Below are positions 26,062 to 35,886 of a DNA stretch of 64,000 nt, one piece after another. Where the stretch lies: IMG/VR virus record IMGVR_UViG_3300045988_161286. The stretch is one strand, 5' to 3'. Numbering within the stretch: the stretch's first letter is position 1; each line of letters opens with the position of its first letter. A program made the position numbers and the translations under genes. Origin of the DNA: a virus. The notes below the pieces were generated by a model, which had not been told where the DNA came from, searched no databases, and saw only the letters and a list, made by a program, of their open reading frames with translations.

Positions 26062-26303
26062 ATATGACAGATGTTTACAAGATATTGAACGATGGTACAG
26101 TAAACAAACACACATTTGCACTATCGGCAAAACAAGCCCTAATTGCTTGTATTATGCAAGAGAGGTTTCATAACTATAATGCTTGGGAATATCCATGTGA
26201 CATTAACGGCATTGTGTCTCACAAAAGAGGTAATGTTGTTCGTTTTGTGTATGACTGTGGTGATTATTGCTTTTGGTGCAAACAAAAGAATGAGGTGTTG
26301 TAA
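26058..26303 (+). CDS. hypothetical protein (81 aa)
   Basis: ATGA overlap with the previous gene. Confidence 0.7.
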   Translation: MNMTDVYKILNDGTVNKHTFALSAKQALIACIMQERFHNYNAWEYPCDINGIVSHKRGNVVRFVYDCGDYCFWCKQKNEVL

Positions 26304-26599
26304 ATGAGTAAAATTATTTGTTTTGAAAAATGGGATTGTGATTGTGGCACGCTTAACCAGATGAGTTTTGAGTTTAATGATTCTATTACAATAAATCAGA
26401 TTTCTAAGTTGCAGATAGGATTTTAAATGACTACTACGATGAATCAGAAACCAATGACGAAATTGAACTTGATGAAGTTTATATTTATAACAAATGTTTT
26501 GAATTTTGTAAAGAGCAAGGACTTATATTTAATACAATCAAACCTGATATTACTGTCAGTTTAGACACGCAGAAAGTACATATAAAAGAAGAATTTTAA
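26304..26599 (+). pseudogene. gene split at a T4 run (frameshift or sequencing indel)
   Basis: ORF 26304-26426 (MSKIICFEKWDCDCGTLNQ ... LQIGF*) continues in the -1 frame as ...LNDYYDESETNDEIELDEVYIYNKCFEFCKEQG ... to 26599. One extra T at 26421-26424 restores a single ORF. Confidence 0.5.
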
Positions 26600-26611
26600 G
26601 GAGGTAAAACA

Positions 26612-26779
26612 ATGTTAAAAGCAACAAACATATTATGGGATACCGATTATGATGATGACGGAGAATTGCCGACAGAAATTGATATACCTGAAGGAATGAC
26701 AGACGAGGACGAAATATCAGACTATCTATCGGAAGTAACAGGATATTGCCATCAGGGTTATGTATTGGAGGAAAAATAA
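26612..26779 (+). CDS. acidic hypothetical protein (55 aa)
   Basis: Not in the track. ATG after AAGGAGG. Product begins MLKATNILWDTDYDDDGELPTEIDIPEGMTDEDEISDYLSEVTGYCHQGY. Confidence 0.6.
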   Translation: MLKATNILWDTDYDDDGELPTEIDIPEGMTDEDEISDYLSEVTGYCHQGYVLEEK

Positions 26780-26780
26780 A

Positions 26781-26969
26781 ATGCCAAAGGGATTGAAAAC
26801 AACTATTATCAAATGGCTTTTGGGCAATGAAAATCAGTGGCAGAGGGTGAATGCTTGCACGGAAGCATTCAGAGAATATATTTACAATAAAAGCGGAAAT
26901 TATCTCATTGGCGGAGAAGCCGTAGTAGAATTTATCGCAGCAGCCGACAAACTGATTTACAGCAAATAA
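26781..26969 (+). CDS. hypothetical protein (62 aa)
   Basis: In-frame ATG 26781 directly after the previous stop. Confidence 0.6.
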   Translation: MPKGLKTTIIKWLLGNENQWQRVNACTEAFREYIYNKSGNYLIGGEAVVEFIAAADKLIYSK

Positions 26970-26993
26970 AGTAATATTATAAGGAGCAATAAA

Positions 26994-27326
26994 ATGTTAC
27001 AAATGTTACAACCCGGAGTATATAAAGCAGATAAAGACGGATGGGATAGCTATGAATTAACCGTTGACATTAAAGAAACGGAAAAATCTTTGATTTTGAA
27101 AATCATTGATTATAAATTTAGATATTCACCGGCACAAATTGATATGCTATTTAAAACAGATTTTGACCATATGAGTTATGAGGAACAGCAAAATATTAAA
27201 AACGGAAAATATCGTGCTGTTATCAAAAAACAAGGTGGAGGTCACGCTTTGAGGCTATGGGGTGATAATTCATTTACTTTATATCCATACCAGTCTGGTA
27301 TTCCTTTTTACTTTGTAAAGCAGTAA
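26994..27326 (+). CDS. hypothetical protein (110 aa)
   Basis: ATG after AAGGAGC. Confidence 0.75.
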   Translation: MLQMLQPGVYKADKDGWDSYELTVDIKETEKSLILKIIDYKFRYSPAQIDMLFKTDFDHMSYEEQQNIKNGKYRAVIKKQGGGHALRLWGDNSFTLYPYQSGIPFYFVKQ

Positions 27327-27365
27327 ATAAAACTAATATTTCATTGATATTAAGGAGGAATTATA

Positions 27366-27872
27366 ATGTTACGGAAAATAATCACAAAATCAGATGCAGC
27401 TCATGAATGGGTAAGAGAATTTAATGCTATTGACAGAGGTATTATTGAAAAACTTATGTCAATAGATATTGATGACTGGCAGGAGGTTACAACACCTCGT
27501 GTATGCGATAGAGTGTATTGCTTCGATTCGGAAACATATGGAGAGGTAGTCGATATTGATAATAATGATTATACAATTAACCTTGATGATGGAATAGAAA
27601 TCACTTTAAGTATTTCTGAGTTTGAGGTTGAAAGGTATGATTTGTTGCCGATGTGGGGAACGATGTGGTCGTTTGGCGATAGTCTGGATGATGAATGGTT
27701 GTCAGACCATGACGGCATTAAATTAATGTCAGAATGTGGTTTCAGAATTTTTTACTCAGGAGAGTTCGGGTATTTCTTTGGCATTGATGGAGCAGGATAT
27801 GATTTTTACGAAGCACACTGGATGCCTCTTTATGAAGCAAGAGGATTACATTGGCACGAAGAGGAGTGTTAA
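27366..27872 (+). CDS. hypothetical protein (168 aa)
   Basis: ATG after AAGGAGG. Confidence 0.8.
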   Translation: MLRKIITKSDAAHEWVREFNAIDRGIIEKLMSIDIDDWQEVTTPRVCDRVYCFDSETYGEVVDIDNNDYTINLDDGIEITLSISEFEVERYDLLPMWGTMWSFGDSLDDEWLSDHDGIKLMSECGFRIFYSGEFGYFFGIDGAGYDFYEAHWMPLYEARGLHWHEEEC

Positions 27873-27875
27873 AAA

Positions 27876-28319
27876 ATGAGCATATATAGTGAATTGGACT
27901 TAAATACATTTGAAGCTTGGAGCGGAGCAGTTAATACTCTTGACAGAATACGCCGTGAAGGCAAGTGTGAGGAATTAGAAAGTGTTCTTGAAGAAAACTA
28001 CCCTGAAGGAATTGATGAAACAGAGTTAAATGATTTATTGTGGTTTGACGCAGAAACGGTTTATGAATGGGTGGGTTTACGAACAGAATCGGAGATTGAA
28101 TCTGAAATCGAAGAAGCTAAATCAGAGCTTGCTGATTTAGAAGATGACTTAAAAGATTTAGATGAAGATTACAACACCGATTGTGAAGATGTTTCAGAAA
28201 TCGAGTGTGAGAGAATTTGGATAGAATCTTACAAAGACGATCACAATTCTTTAATCAATGATATTGCAGAAATTAAAGAAAACATTGCCGAGTTAGAGGA
28301 AGAACTGAAGGAGGTTTAA
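27876..28319 (+). CDS. highly acidic hypothetical protein (147 aa)
   Basis: Track ORF. Long D/E-rich helix-like stretch (ESEIESEIEEAKSELADLEDDLKDLDEDY...). Confidence 0.75.
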   Translation: MSIYSELDLNTFEAWSGAVNTLDRIRREGKCEELESVLEENYPEGIDETELNDLLWFDAETVYEWVGLRTESEIESEIEEAKSELADLEDDLKDLDEDYNTDCEDVSEIECERIWIESYKDDHNSLINDIAEIKENIAELEEELKEV

Positions 28320-28321
28320 CT

Positions 28322-28663
28322 ATGACTCAAATAACTAAAAAGGAGTTTATTGAAACTCTATCAAATAATGAAACCATTTTAGTTGATAGTGGATTCTACT
28401 ATAGCGATGGAACATGCATTAACGCTATGGAACGAATTATAACCATTAACAAAAATGTCAAACGCAGAATCGTAGCAGAAGAACATAGTAATTATATCGT
28501 GTTTAGTGATGGCAGTCGCCTTGACTTCAATCAGACTGGAACGAAACAATATTTCAGTTACACAAATACATATGGTTTTCATTTCTTAATTCAGAGAACA
28601 GAAGTATATGATGACTTTGACGACAAATTCTATAAGAACTATATTGTGTATATGGTGGCTTAG
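28322..28663 (+). CDS. hypothetical protein (113 aa)
   Basis: ATG after GGAGG. Confidence 0.75.
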   Translation: MTQITKKEFIETLSNNETILVDSGFYYSDGTCINAMERIITINKNVKRRIVAEEHSNYIVFSDGSRLDFNQTGTKQYFSYTNTYGFHFLIQRTEVYDDFDDKFYKNYIVYMVA

Positions 28664-28675
28664 GGAGGTTTAATT

Positions 28676-28915
28676 ATGCTTTTACTTGACGCATATTGCT
28701 TTAAGGGCTTGCCTGTTCTTTTAAAGTCAGACGCTGGTAAAAAGATATATGGAAAATTTATGAATATTGCAGACGAAACAGCACAAGCTTGGTTGCAAGG
28801 TGTTGTAGATTTGGTTGAAATTTTACATATAGATATACAAGGGTTGGATGTGCTTTGGAATCTTGTTCAAGAGTATGGCGTACCAACCGCAAAGAAAATG
28901 TGTAGGGAGATTTAA
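28676..28915 (+). CDS. hypothetical protein (79 aa)
   Basis: ATG after GGGAGGTTTAATT. Confidence 0.7.
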   Translation: MLLLDAYCFKGLPVLLKSDAGKKIYGKFMNIADETAQAWLQGVVDLVEILHIDIQGLDVLWNLVQEYGVPTAKKMCREI

Positions 28916-28917
28916 GT

Positions 28918-29121
28918 ATATTTACAGTAAAACACTATCCAGAAGATGTAGCTGAAAGTTTGTGTTTGATTGCTTTTAATAATCCAAGCAGACGAACTAT
29001 AATGGAATGTGCAGACGGTTTGCTCGGATTATTAGCAACAGCTAAAAAATCATATAATCCAGAAGGATACAGAGTATTGTACAAAGTGCTTGAAACAATT
29101 GTAGATGTACAGGAGATTTAA
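28918..29121 (+). CDS. hypothetical protein (67 aa) with a probable ATA start
   Basis: An open frame with no ATG/GTG/TTG near its 5' end. AGGGAGATTTAAGT-ATA mirrors the neighbours GGGAGGTTTAATT-ATG and CAGGAGATTTAATT-ATG. Alternative: a G3-to-G4 frameshift fusion to 28676-28915. Confidence 0.5.
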   Translation: MFTVKHYPEDVAESLCLIAFNNPSRRTIMECADGLLGLLATAKKSYNPEGYRVLYKVLETIVDVQEI

Positions 29122-29123
29122 TT

Positions 29124-29653
29124 ATGGGACAGTATTATAATGTTGTAATTAAGAATAAGAATACAATAATCACATACAACAAAAAAGTTGATGGCAAGTA
29201 CACAATGCCAAAATTGACAGAAAACATTCGTGGTGGTATAATCCATTTGTTTCTTCAATTGCAAAATTGTTATATAAAAATCCCTGTAAAGTGGCGTGGA
29301 TAGGTGATTATTCTAAAGAAATCAACCAGACACTCTTTGAATTTGCTTGGGAAGATGAGGTTGAAAAACACAGCATACATCAGGATGAAATGTATCTTGA
29401 TGGTAAGTATCTTGTTAATCATACAATAGGAGCGTATCTCGATTGTGACAAGTATAAAGCAAGATGTAATAATAACGATTGGATTTTACATCCATTGCCG
29501 TTATTGACAGCCGTAGGCAACGGTTTGGGTGGTGGAGATTATTATGGCATCAATAAAGATCAAGTTGGCGGTTGGGCTTGGTGCACAATATCCGTTGAAG
29601 ATGATATTCCAGTTGGATATGAAGAACTTGAATATATATTCAGAGAAGATTAA
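29124..29653 (+). pseudogene. gene split at an A4 run (frameshift or sequencing indel)
   Basis: MGQYYNVVIKNKNTIITYNKKVDGKYTMPKLTE... (29124-) continues in the -1 frame as ...HSWWYNPFVSSIAKLLYKNPCKVAWIGDYS... (track ORF 29267-29653). One extra A at 29221-29224 restores it. Confidence 0.55.
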
Positions 29654-29719
29654 AACGGCACTTTTATAGCTCGAACTTGTTTATGTAATATTACATTAAG
29701 AAATTAAGGAGAGAAAGTA

Positions 29720-29899
29720 ATGGACTATGGTGAATTTAAAGAGAAAATAAGTCTTGATGTAGATGACGCTATTGGAGTGTGCAACGATTTATTAAATAGG
29801 CATCGTGATGACGAAAAAGCGGAAAATATTATTTTGGAAGCTTTTGCTGACTTGTTTAATTGTTCTGTAGATCAATTATTGTGTTTGATTTATGCATGA
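29720..29899 (+). CDS. hypothetical protein (59 aa)
   Basis: Not in the track. ATG after AAGGAGAG. Confidence 0.6.
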   Translation: MDYGEFKEKISLDVDDAIGVCNDLLNRHRDDEKAENIILEAFADLFNCSVDQLLCLIYA

Positions 29900-30234
29900 A
29901 GAGTAAATCACATAACAAGAAAGGAATAAATGATATGGAATTTGCATTGGTATTACATGAAAAATCAACCTGCGAGGGCATGACTCGAACAGAAGCTATC
30001 GACCTGATTGATATGCTCGGTGAACATGAGTTTTTGCCAATCGAAATCGAATCAAAGTTCCATGAGTCCACAGCAGTGGGTTTCATCAATATGGATTTTG
30101 CAGACAAACTGAACTTTGACTACGAAGGTTCCGGTCTGAACGCTTTCGTTGCCAATATCTTAGATGATATGAACAATGAGCATGACGATTGTATCTACAT
30201 GTTTAAAGACTGTAACATCTGGCTGGCAAGATAA
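29896..30234 (+). CDS. hypothetical protein
   Basis: ATG 29896 has an ATGA overlap with the previous stop. An alternative ATG lies at 29935. Confidence 0.65.
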   Translation: MKSKSHNKKGINDMEFALVLHEKSTCEGMTRTEAIDLIDMLGEHEFLPIEIESKFHESTAVGFINMDFADKLNFDYEGSGLNAFVANILDDMNNEHDDCIYMFKDCNIWLAR

Positions 30235-30338
30235 TATAGAAATTTCGTCACACAACAACCATAACAGAGGAGTAGACTATGATTACATTTATTTTCAGTG
30301 GTTGAAGTGTGTATAAAGAAGGAAAGGATGTATGCAGA

Positions 30339-30782
30339 ATGACTAAGGATGAGAAAACACAAGCACTAATCGACAAAGTTTCCAAGTGTTGCCAAAAGAT
30401 TGCAGATTTTTATGAAATTTCGACTTCAAAGGTTATATGGATGGGCACAAATAGATTTAAGGTTATCAAAAACAACGAAGAAATTATAGTGTTTTATTTG
30501 AAAAACGGTACAATTATAACCAAGGAAGAGCGAGACAGAAAGAGATATGAGACATTTAAGTTAAAATGGCTGATAGAGCATGGTTATGGTTTAAGAGATG
30601 TGCTAAAAGAAGTAGATTGGTATTTACAGGACAATTTCTATCATATAAATCTTCGGAGCGCTTTTGATTTGTTTGAACATTATGGTTTTGAAGATGGTGT
30701 GATTTATCCTTGTTTTGAAGAATGGATAGCTAACGAAGGTAAAGCAACACAACCGTGCGATTATGATAATTACTGGATATAA
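30339..30782 (+). CDS. hypothetical protein
   Basis: In-frame ATG 30339 after GGAAAGGA. The track start at 30309 is a GTG. Confidence 0.7.
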   Translation: MTKDEKTQALIDKVSKCCQKIADFYEISTSKVIWMGTNRFKVIKNNEEIIVFYLKNGTIITKEERDRKRYETFKLKWLIEHGYGLRDVLKEVDWYLQDNFYHINLRSAFDLFEHYGFEDGVIYPCFEEWIANEGKATQPCDYDNYWI

Positions 30783-30843
30783 AACCGATATTTTAATGAG
30801 TTAAAAGCCTTTATAGGCGAAAATTTTCAACGGAGGTAATAAA

Positions 30844-31251
30844 ATGAAACAGATGATATATACACCTAACAGAAAAAACAAAGGAGAAATTCTTGCAACA
30901 GGTACTTATAAAAATTTTAAATATTATGTTGTTAGTTATGGAACACATCCGTGTGCTTATGTAGATGTATCAAACACTTCATTGGCAAACAAAGATTATC
31001 ATGAAAATGATATTGACTGTCATGGAGGATTAACTTACGGTAGAGATTACTTATCTGCTGTAGACACAGAAAGAGCTAATGGTAAATGGTATATTGGATG
31101 GGATTATGATCACTATGGTGATTATACATCGAATCCTTTTATAAATATGTTTGGTATTTACAGAGAATGTGAAAAGCGATGGACAACAGAAGAAATTGTT
31201 GCAGAGTGCAAAAATGTTATCAATCAAATTGTAGATAAAGAGGGAATGTAA
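30844..31251 (+). CDS. hypothetical protein (135 aa)
   Basis: ATG after GGAGG. Confidence 0.75.
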   Translation: MKQMIYTPNRKNKGEILATGTYKNFKYYVVSYGTHPCAYVDVSNTSLANKDYHENDIDCHGGLTYGRDYLSAVDTERANGKWYIGWDYDHYGDYTSNPFINMFGIYRECEKRWTTEEIVAECKNVINQIVDKEGM

Positions 31252-31347
31252 TAAAATGAAATACTATGAAATCAACGAAACCGCCCCAAGACAAGTCCGT
31301 GAATGTTGGAGCGAGTGATTGAAGAATTGAAAAGGAGTGCGTAAACT

Positions 31348-31884
31348 ATGAACATGAATAAAACAGAATTGAGAAGTGCTACAAGTGCCGCTAATAAGAT
31401 TATTAAACTGATACCCGAAGTGAGAAAAAACTATGCAGGTTGTTTCTATGACAAGCAAGGTCGGCAGATTATTATATCAAACTATATTGCGATAAGATTA
31501 AATGAACATTTACCTGTTCCAGAAGCAAAGATTCCGTTCGGCAATGTTGATAATTTGTTCTTGTCGGCTTGTCAAAACACTGAACAGTTAGATTTGTTAA
31601 GTTTGGAATACTTAAAGGATTACATACAGAACGCTAAAGATGATGAACCTGAAAGATATAAAGGCAGAAATCATGAACCTATTGCTTATGATTTTGGAGA
31701 AAGATCGCCTATGGTCAATGCTGAATATCTGCTGCTTATCTATAAGACTTTAGGTTGGCAGAATTTGACAGCTAAAGCAAATGAGGATAAGTGGGAAACA
31801 AGTCCAATATACTTTTCTTCAGATAGAGGTGACGGTATTTTAATGCCGATAAAGAAAAAGGAGTGCGTAAAGTGGACAAGATAG
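31348..31884 (+). CDS. hypothetical protein (178 aa)
   Basis: ATG after AAAGGAGTGCGTAAA. The same 15-mer precedes the next gene. Confidence 0.75.
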   Translation: MNMNKTELRSATSAANKIIKLIPEVRKNYAGCFYDKQGRQIIISNYIAIRLNEHLPVPEAKIPFGNVDNLFLSACQNTEQLDLLSLEYLKDYIQNAKDDEPERYKGRNHEPIAYDFGERSPMVNAEYLLLIYKTLGWQNLTAKANEDKWETSPIYFSSDRGDGILMPIKKKECVKWTR

Positions 31885-32093
31885 AGAGCATATTTAGTGT
31901 TAATGGCTATAATGAAGATGCTGACACATATGTACCCTACGGATTGTTTGGAACATATATCGAAGCCAAAACTCATCTCAATACGCTGTTACCCTTATTG
32001 AGAAAAGGTTTACTCACAGACAGGAGGACAAGAGAACCAATAGATTGGCTTAACATTGTGGAAAATAATAAAATATTGGCAAGTTTTATTTGA
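31872..32093 (+). CDS. hypothetical protein
   Basis: GTG 31872, 8 nt after AAAGGAG. The track start at 31863 sits inside the SD. Confidence 0.6.
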   Translation: MDKIESIFSVNGYNEDADTYVPYGLFGTYIEAKTHLNTLLPLLRKGLLTDRRTREPIDWLNIVENNKILASFI

Positions 32094-32133
32094 TTTATTA
32101 TTGATATTATGATATAATAATGGAGAATACAAA

Positions 32134-32484
32134 ATGAGAAAATATACAATTGAAGATGCAAAACGGTTGATAACTGATTTTTGCGAAGAAGAATATGGAA
32201 CAGAGAGTGTTGACTTTTCAAACCTTGAATGTATCGGTATTGCTTACACGACAACAGAAGATGAACGGTTTGAAATCCAAACAAATATTGATTTAATACA
32301 CAATACAATAGATTATTGGCTGTATGACAAATGTATTAAAACAGAAAAATATTTTTCGACTACTGATTTATGTGTTAGAGCGTTAAATTGCTTGGCATTT
32401 GATTGGCTGGTCGAGCCACAAATGAGTTATTATGATACAGTTTATGGATACGATGATTGGCATATGAGTATGTCGAATTGGTAA
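32134..32484 (+). CDS. hypothetical protein (116 aa)
   Basis: Track ORF with ATG after TGGAGA. Confidence 0.75.
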   Translation: MRKYTIEDAKRLITDFCEEEYGTESVDFSNLECIGIAYTTTEDERFEIQTNIDLIHNTIDYWLYDKCIKTEKYFSTTDLCVRALNCLAFDWLVEPQMSYYDTVYGYDDWHMSMSNW

Positions 32485-32512
32485 AATGTAGTTCTGAAAG
32501 GAAAAGGACAAA

Positions 32513-32860
32513 ATGAAAAAAGTATACGAAGTAAGAATGGAAAATTGGGAATATCGTAACCGTAAAAATAATCTCACTACAAAACAACTTGCCGACCATG
32601 CGTGCTACTGCGGAGGTAATTGTTTAGGCGATACTTATAGTGTTATCGGCAGATTTAACACTTTAGAGGAGGCTCGAAAGTTGTTTGAATCTTCAAAAGA
32701 TAGGTGTACAACAACTTGGGGATTAGAGTATGGACTTCATACATATACTTATGATGTGTTGTACATTCAAAGCATTCCTCTTAATGAGGATGAGGAAGAG
32801 GATTATGATGCAGATGCAGAGTGGGAAATTTGGGATATTTATGTCGCAGAATTAGCTTGA
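32513..32860 (+). CDS. hypothetical protein (115 aa)
   Basis: ATG after GAAAGGAAAAGG. Confidence 0.75.
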   Translation: MKKVYEVRMENWEYRNRKNNLTTKQLADHACYCGGNCLGDTYSVIGRFNTLEEARKLFESSKDRCTTTWGLEYGLHTYTYDVLYIQSIPLNEDEEEDYDADAEWEIWDIYVAELA

Positions 32861-32900
32861 CAATTAGAACAAGTACAAAATTTAGATCGGAGGCGACCAT

Positions 32901-33371
32901 ATGATGAATGATTCTCAAAGCATTAATGACATTTTAACTTCTATCTTTAAATGTGCAATGACCGAAAAAAATATATCATATCGTGTGCTGGCACAAAAAA
33001 TGAAGTGTAGTGAAAAAACAGTTTTCACTTATTTTAACAATAAAAAAACCAAAAGAAACATTCCGTATAGTGTAGCGGTTGTAATTTATTTAGTGTTAAT
33101 GCATAACAAAGAGTTTACAAATGCCGAAGAAAGAGAAAATTTAGAGAACGAAATCAACCGTAGTTTTTATTCTGCATTCCGTAAAGCTTTTGATTTGGCA
33201 GGTAAGAATTATTTGAAGCTTGAAGCAGAGTATGGCATTTCGCATTCAACATCTTATTGCTATTATACAAAGAAAAAAGCACCTTTATTAAATTCGGCAT
33301 ACAAAGTATCGCAATTACTCAATTTTGAATTACCATATATCTCAGACATAATCAATCAGCAGATAAAATAA
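32901..33371 (+). CDS. putative HTH DNA-binding protein (two HTH-like segments)
   Basis: ISYRVLAQKMKCSEKTVFTYFNNKK and LEAEYGISHSTSYCYYTKKK resemble XRE-type HTH motifs. Confidence 0.6.
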   Translation: MMNDSQSINDILTSIFKCAMTEKNISYRVLAQKMKCSEKTVFTYFNNKKTKRNIPYSVAVVIYLVLMHNKEFTNAEERENLENEINRSFYSAFRKAFDLAGKNYLKLEAEYGISHSTSYCYYTKKKAPLLNSAYKVSQLLNFELPYISDIINQQIK

Positions 33372-33431
33372 AAAAGCACACCATTATGGCATGCTTTCGA
33401 GATATAAAAAATTTACGATTTAATTTATGTG

Positions 33432-33471
33432 GTAGTAACCTCGCACACTATGACATAAGCGAGGTTACTAC
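33432..33471 (+). promoter_or_regulatory. 13-bp perfect inverted repeat (hairpin or operator)
   Basis: GTAGTAACCTCGC (33432-33444), 14-nt loop, GCGAGGTTACTAC (33459-33471). Intergenic. Confidence 0.5.
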
Positions 33472-33609
33472 AGCGGAAGAAAGGATAAAAATTTATCTGC
33501 AATAGCAGAAATTAAAAAATAAACTTCCACATCTATATAATATCACTTTTATGAAATGTTGTCAAGAATAACATTTCTTATAACACGCAATAAAAAAGGA
33601 GTAAACACT

Positions 33610-34050
33610 ATGACAATCAAAGAAGTTAAAGAACATTATAAAGGACAATATTTCGAATGCGAAATCTACAGATTTACAGACTTCACACACCGTGTTCACA
33701 GTGATTTCATTTATACACCTGACGATATAGAGAATGACCTATACAATGAAAATGAAGAGGTTGTGTATGAAGAACTTATGGATGAGGAAGAGTACGGTAT
33801 GACCGTCATTGCAAATTGTGATGTTACCGCAGATTTTGAAGACTGGTTCGGTGACAAGAATGCTCAAATTTTGGTTATTATTCTGAGTGAAGATCCGCCA
33901 AGATATTGGGTTGCTTACGAAGGAACAAAAGAGTTAATTGACTCTTTCGACACTTACGAAGATGCAAGCAAAGCACTTGAAAAATACGAAGAGCAAGATA
34001 GGGCTGACGGTATCTATACTGAAGATTTTTATGAAATCCTTTTTAAGTAA
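33610..34050 (+). CDS. acidic hypothetical protein
   Basis: In-frame ATG 33610 after AAAGGAG. The track start at 33556 lacks an SD. Confidence 0.7.
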   Translation: MTIKEVKEHYKGQYFECEIYRFTDFTHRVHSDFIYTPDDIENDLYNENEEVVYEELMDEEEYGMTVIANCDVTADFEDWFGDKNAQILVIILSEDPPRYWVAYEGTKELIDSFDTYEDASKALEKYEEQDRADGIYTEDFYEILFK

Positions 34051-34062
34051 GGTGGAATTAAA

Positions 34063-34521
34063 ATGAAAAAATATGTTAAAGTTATTGATTCTGTTATTGC
34101 ATTCAATTGTGAGACACTTAAATTAAAACAACCTACAGTTACATATGAACCACCAAATAAATTTGCCACGCCGACCACGAAAGCAGGCATTAATCCTGAC
34201 AAAAATGTAATAGCTATTAATATCGACACCGTATGGGAAAGCCCCGTAGAAATATGGTGGGTGATATCACACGAAATGAGACATTTGTGGCAGGTGAAAA
34301 ATGGACAGTTTAATGTAGATAAATACAATCCATCACAAGAAAACAATCTAACATCCTATGCAATGCAATTTGAAGAAGTTGATGCTAATGCTTGGGGTGT
34401 ATATGTGATAATTTCGTTATTTCACACACGCCCTTTATTGGAAAATATCTACGGCGAACAGGTGTGGCAACAGATTTGGAAGAGGGTTGAAGAAATAAAG
34501 GCAGATACTGTTATTAAATAA
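34063..34521 (+). CDS. putative zinc metallopeptidase (HExxH)
   Basis: WWVISHEMRHLWQ contains HEMRH. Confidence 0.55.
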   Translation: MKKYVKVIDSVIAFNCETLKLKQPTVTYEPPNKFATPTTKAGINPDKNVIAINIDTVWESPVEIWWVISHEMRHLWQVKNGQFNVDKYNPSQENNLTSYAMQFEEVDANAWGVYVIISLFHTRPLLENIYGEQVWQQIWKRVEEIKADTVIK

Positions 34522-34538
34522 TATAGTGGGGGATATTT

Positions 34539-35231
34539 ATGAAAAGATATGACAAAAACTATGAGGCAATACGGTTACAACTTGATGATAGTTGGTTAAT
34601 TTGTAATTCTAATTTTGAAGTATTACCAAGCTCTGAAATCATTGCTGTCAAAGATATTACTTCCGGGCAGTTTGTTGATTATTATATCATCAACTATTAT
34701 AAAGCATCAACTGATAAAGTGTGGCGGAATAAAATTTTCAATGAAGCATTTGAAGAAATGAATCAAGATAACGAACATTTATATATTAGATTTAGAACCA
34801 ATGATGTTGTTGCTCAAACACACAGTTCGTATCAGTTGTGTGTTGATAAATGTGTATCACAAAACATTATTGAGGTGATATCAACATATAAAGCTATGCT
34901 GAATGTTATGAGTAGAGTTAAGGTTTCTTATGAGCGACCTACATATGAGTTATATAATAACGACTATTGTTGTGATGAAGGAACTTATACATTGCAAGAT
35001 GGTTCTGGATATTTTGCCTTAGCCTACGAATTAAATTCCTGTAATTTTTATTGGTCATATGAAGATTGTCCAAATAAATTTTCTGAGAATTTTCCAGAAT
35101 GTGTGTACTGGAGAATTTATTGGTGTAACGACAAAGAGTATGAAGATACTTTATTGGACTTATATAAAGATGAAGATTTTGTGCTTTATCTAACCAACAA
35201 ATCCGCTTGGTATGACAAACATAGTGAATAA
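34539..35231 (+). CDS. hypothetical protein (230 aa)
   Basis: ATG after GTGGGGGA. Confidence 0.8.
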   Translation: MKRYDKNYEAIRLQLDDSWLICNSNFEVLPSSEIIAVKDITSGQFVDYYIINYYKASTDKVWRNKIFNEAFEEMNQDNEHLYIRFRTNDVVAQTHSSYQLCVDKCVSQNIIEVISTYKAMLNVMSRVKVSYERPTYELYNNDYCCDEGTYTLQDGSGYFALAYELNSCNFYWSYEDCPNKFSENFPECVYWRIYWCNDKEYEDTLLDLYKDEDFVLYLTNKSAWYDKHSE

Positions 35232-35277
35232 AATTCTTGTTTGAGAACAGATTCTTTATAAGGAGGAATGTAGCTTT

Positions 35278-35496
35278 ATGCAAAGTAAATATAGAGAAAT
35301 TAGAAGCAACTTTATTGATTATGATAAAAATATAATGTATATTGACGCTTGGAGAACAACAAACTCCAACGAAGAAGGTAAAGTGATTGCGAAAATCAAT
35401 CTCTCTAATTCCGAGGTGGAATATGTTGACGAGAAAGCTAAAACTGACGCTTATGCTCAGACAGTAATAAGGAGGGTGTTAAATGCCGTGGTTTGA
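35278..35496 (+). CDS. hypothetical protein (72 aa)
   Basis: ATG after AAGGAGG. Confidence 0.65.
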   Translation: MQSKYREIRSNFIDYDKNIMYIDAWRTTNSNEEGKVIAKINLSNSEVEYVDEKAKTDAYAQTVIRRVLNAVV

Positions 35497-35767
35497 CAAT
35501 AACGATAAACCAATCGAAGTTAATCATATCGAGATGATAGAAAGAGTCGAAAATGATATTCGGCTCTATGGTAAAGATTTGAAATGTTATGTTATTATTT
35601 CGTCTCGCTCTGTTGCAAATTCGCCTGACATACAGATGGTAAGCAGATTTAGTCTTAAAAAATCTATTATAGGCGGTATGACAGACAAAGAATATGCCCT
35701 ATCAATTACACTTGAGGAATTGTTAAATAGACTACGGTACGAACATTATGTATCGGAAGATGTTTAA
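35483..35767 (+). CDS. hypothetical protein (94 aa)
   Basis: ATG after AAGGAGGG. Overlaps the previous gene. Confidence 0.7.
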   Translation: MPWFDNNDKPIEVNHIEMIERVENDIRLYGKDLKCYVIISSRSVANSPDIQMVSRFSLKKSIIGGMTDKEYALSITLEELLNRLRYEHYVSEDV

Positions 35768-35785
35768 AACAAAGGTTTTATACAT

Positions 35786-35886
35786 AAAAAAATAGACATC
35801 ACTTCGACCTGCGAAAATCTGGTGATGTCTATACCAAGTAAGCTATCGAAAGATGGTCAGCGTTAGCCTACCCATTTTCTAAGCCT
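35786..35886 (-). ncRNA. candidate ~100-nt sRNA with its own promoter and terminator
   Basis: On the minus strand: TTGACA (35916-35921), 17 nt, TATCAT (35893-35898). This is followed by the hairpin ATAGACATCAC/GTGATGTCTAT (35792-35832) and T7. No ORF. Confidence 0.45.

Noticed and set aside
31973-32308. Antisense ORFs throughout the plus-strand gene array, for example 31973-32308, 34029-34346, 34939-35283, 49123-49497, 50148-50519, 53775-54237 and 61361-61648.
   Set aside because: Each lies entirely opposite a well-supported plus-strand gene, lacks an SD, and has the Phe/Ile/Leu/Cys-rich composition expected of shadow ORFs.
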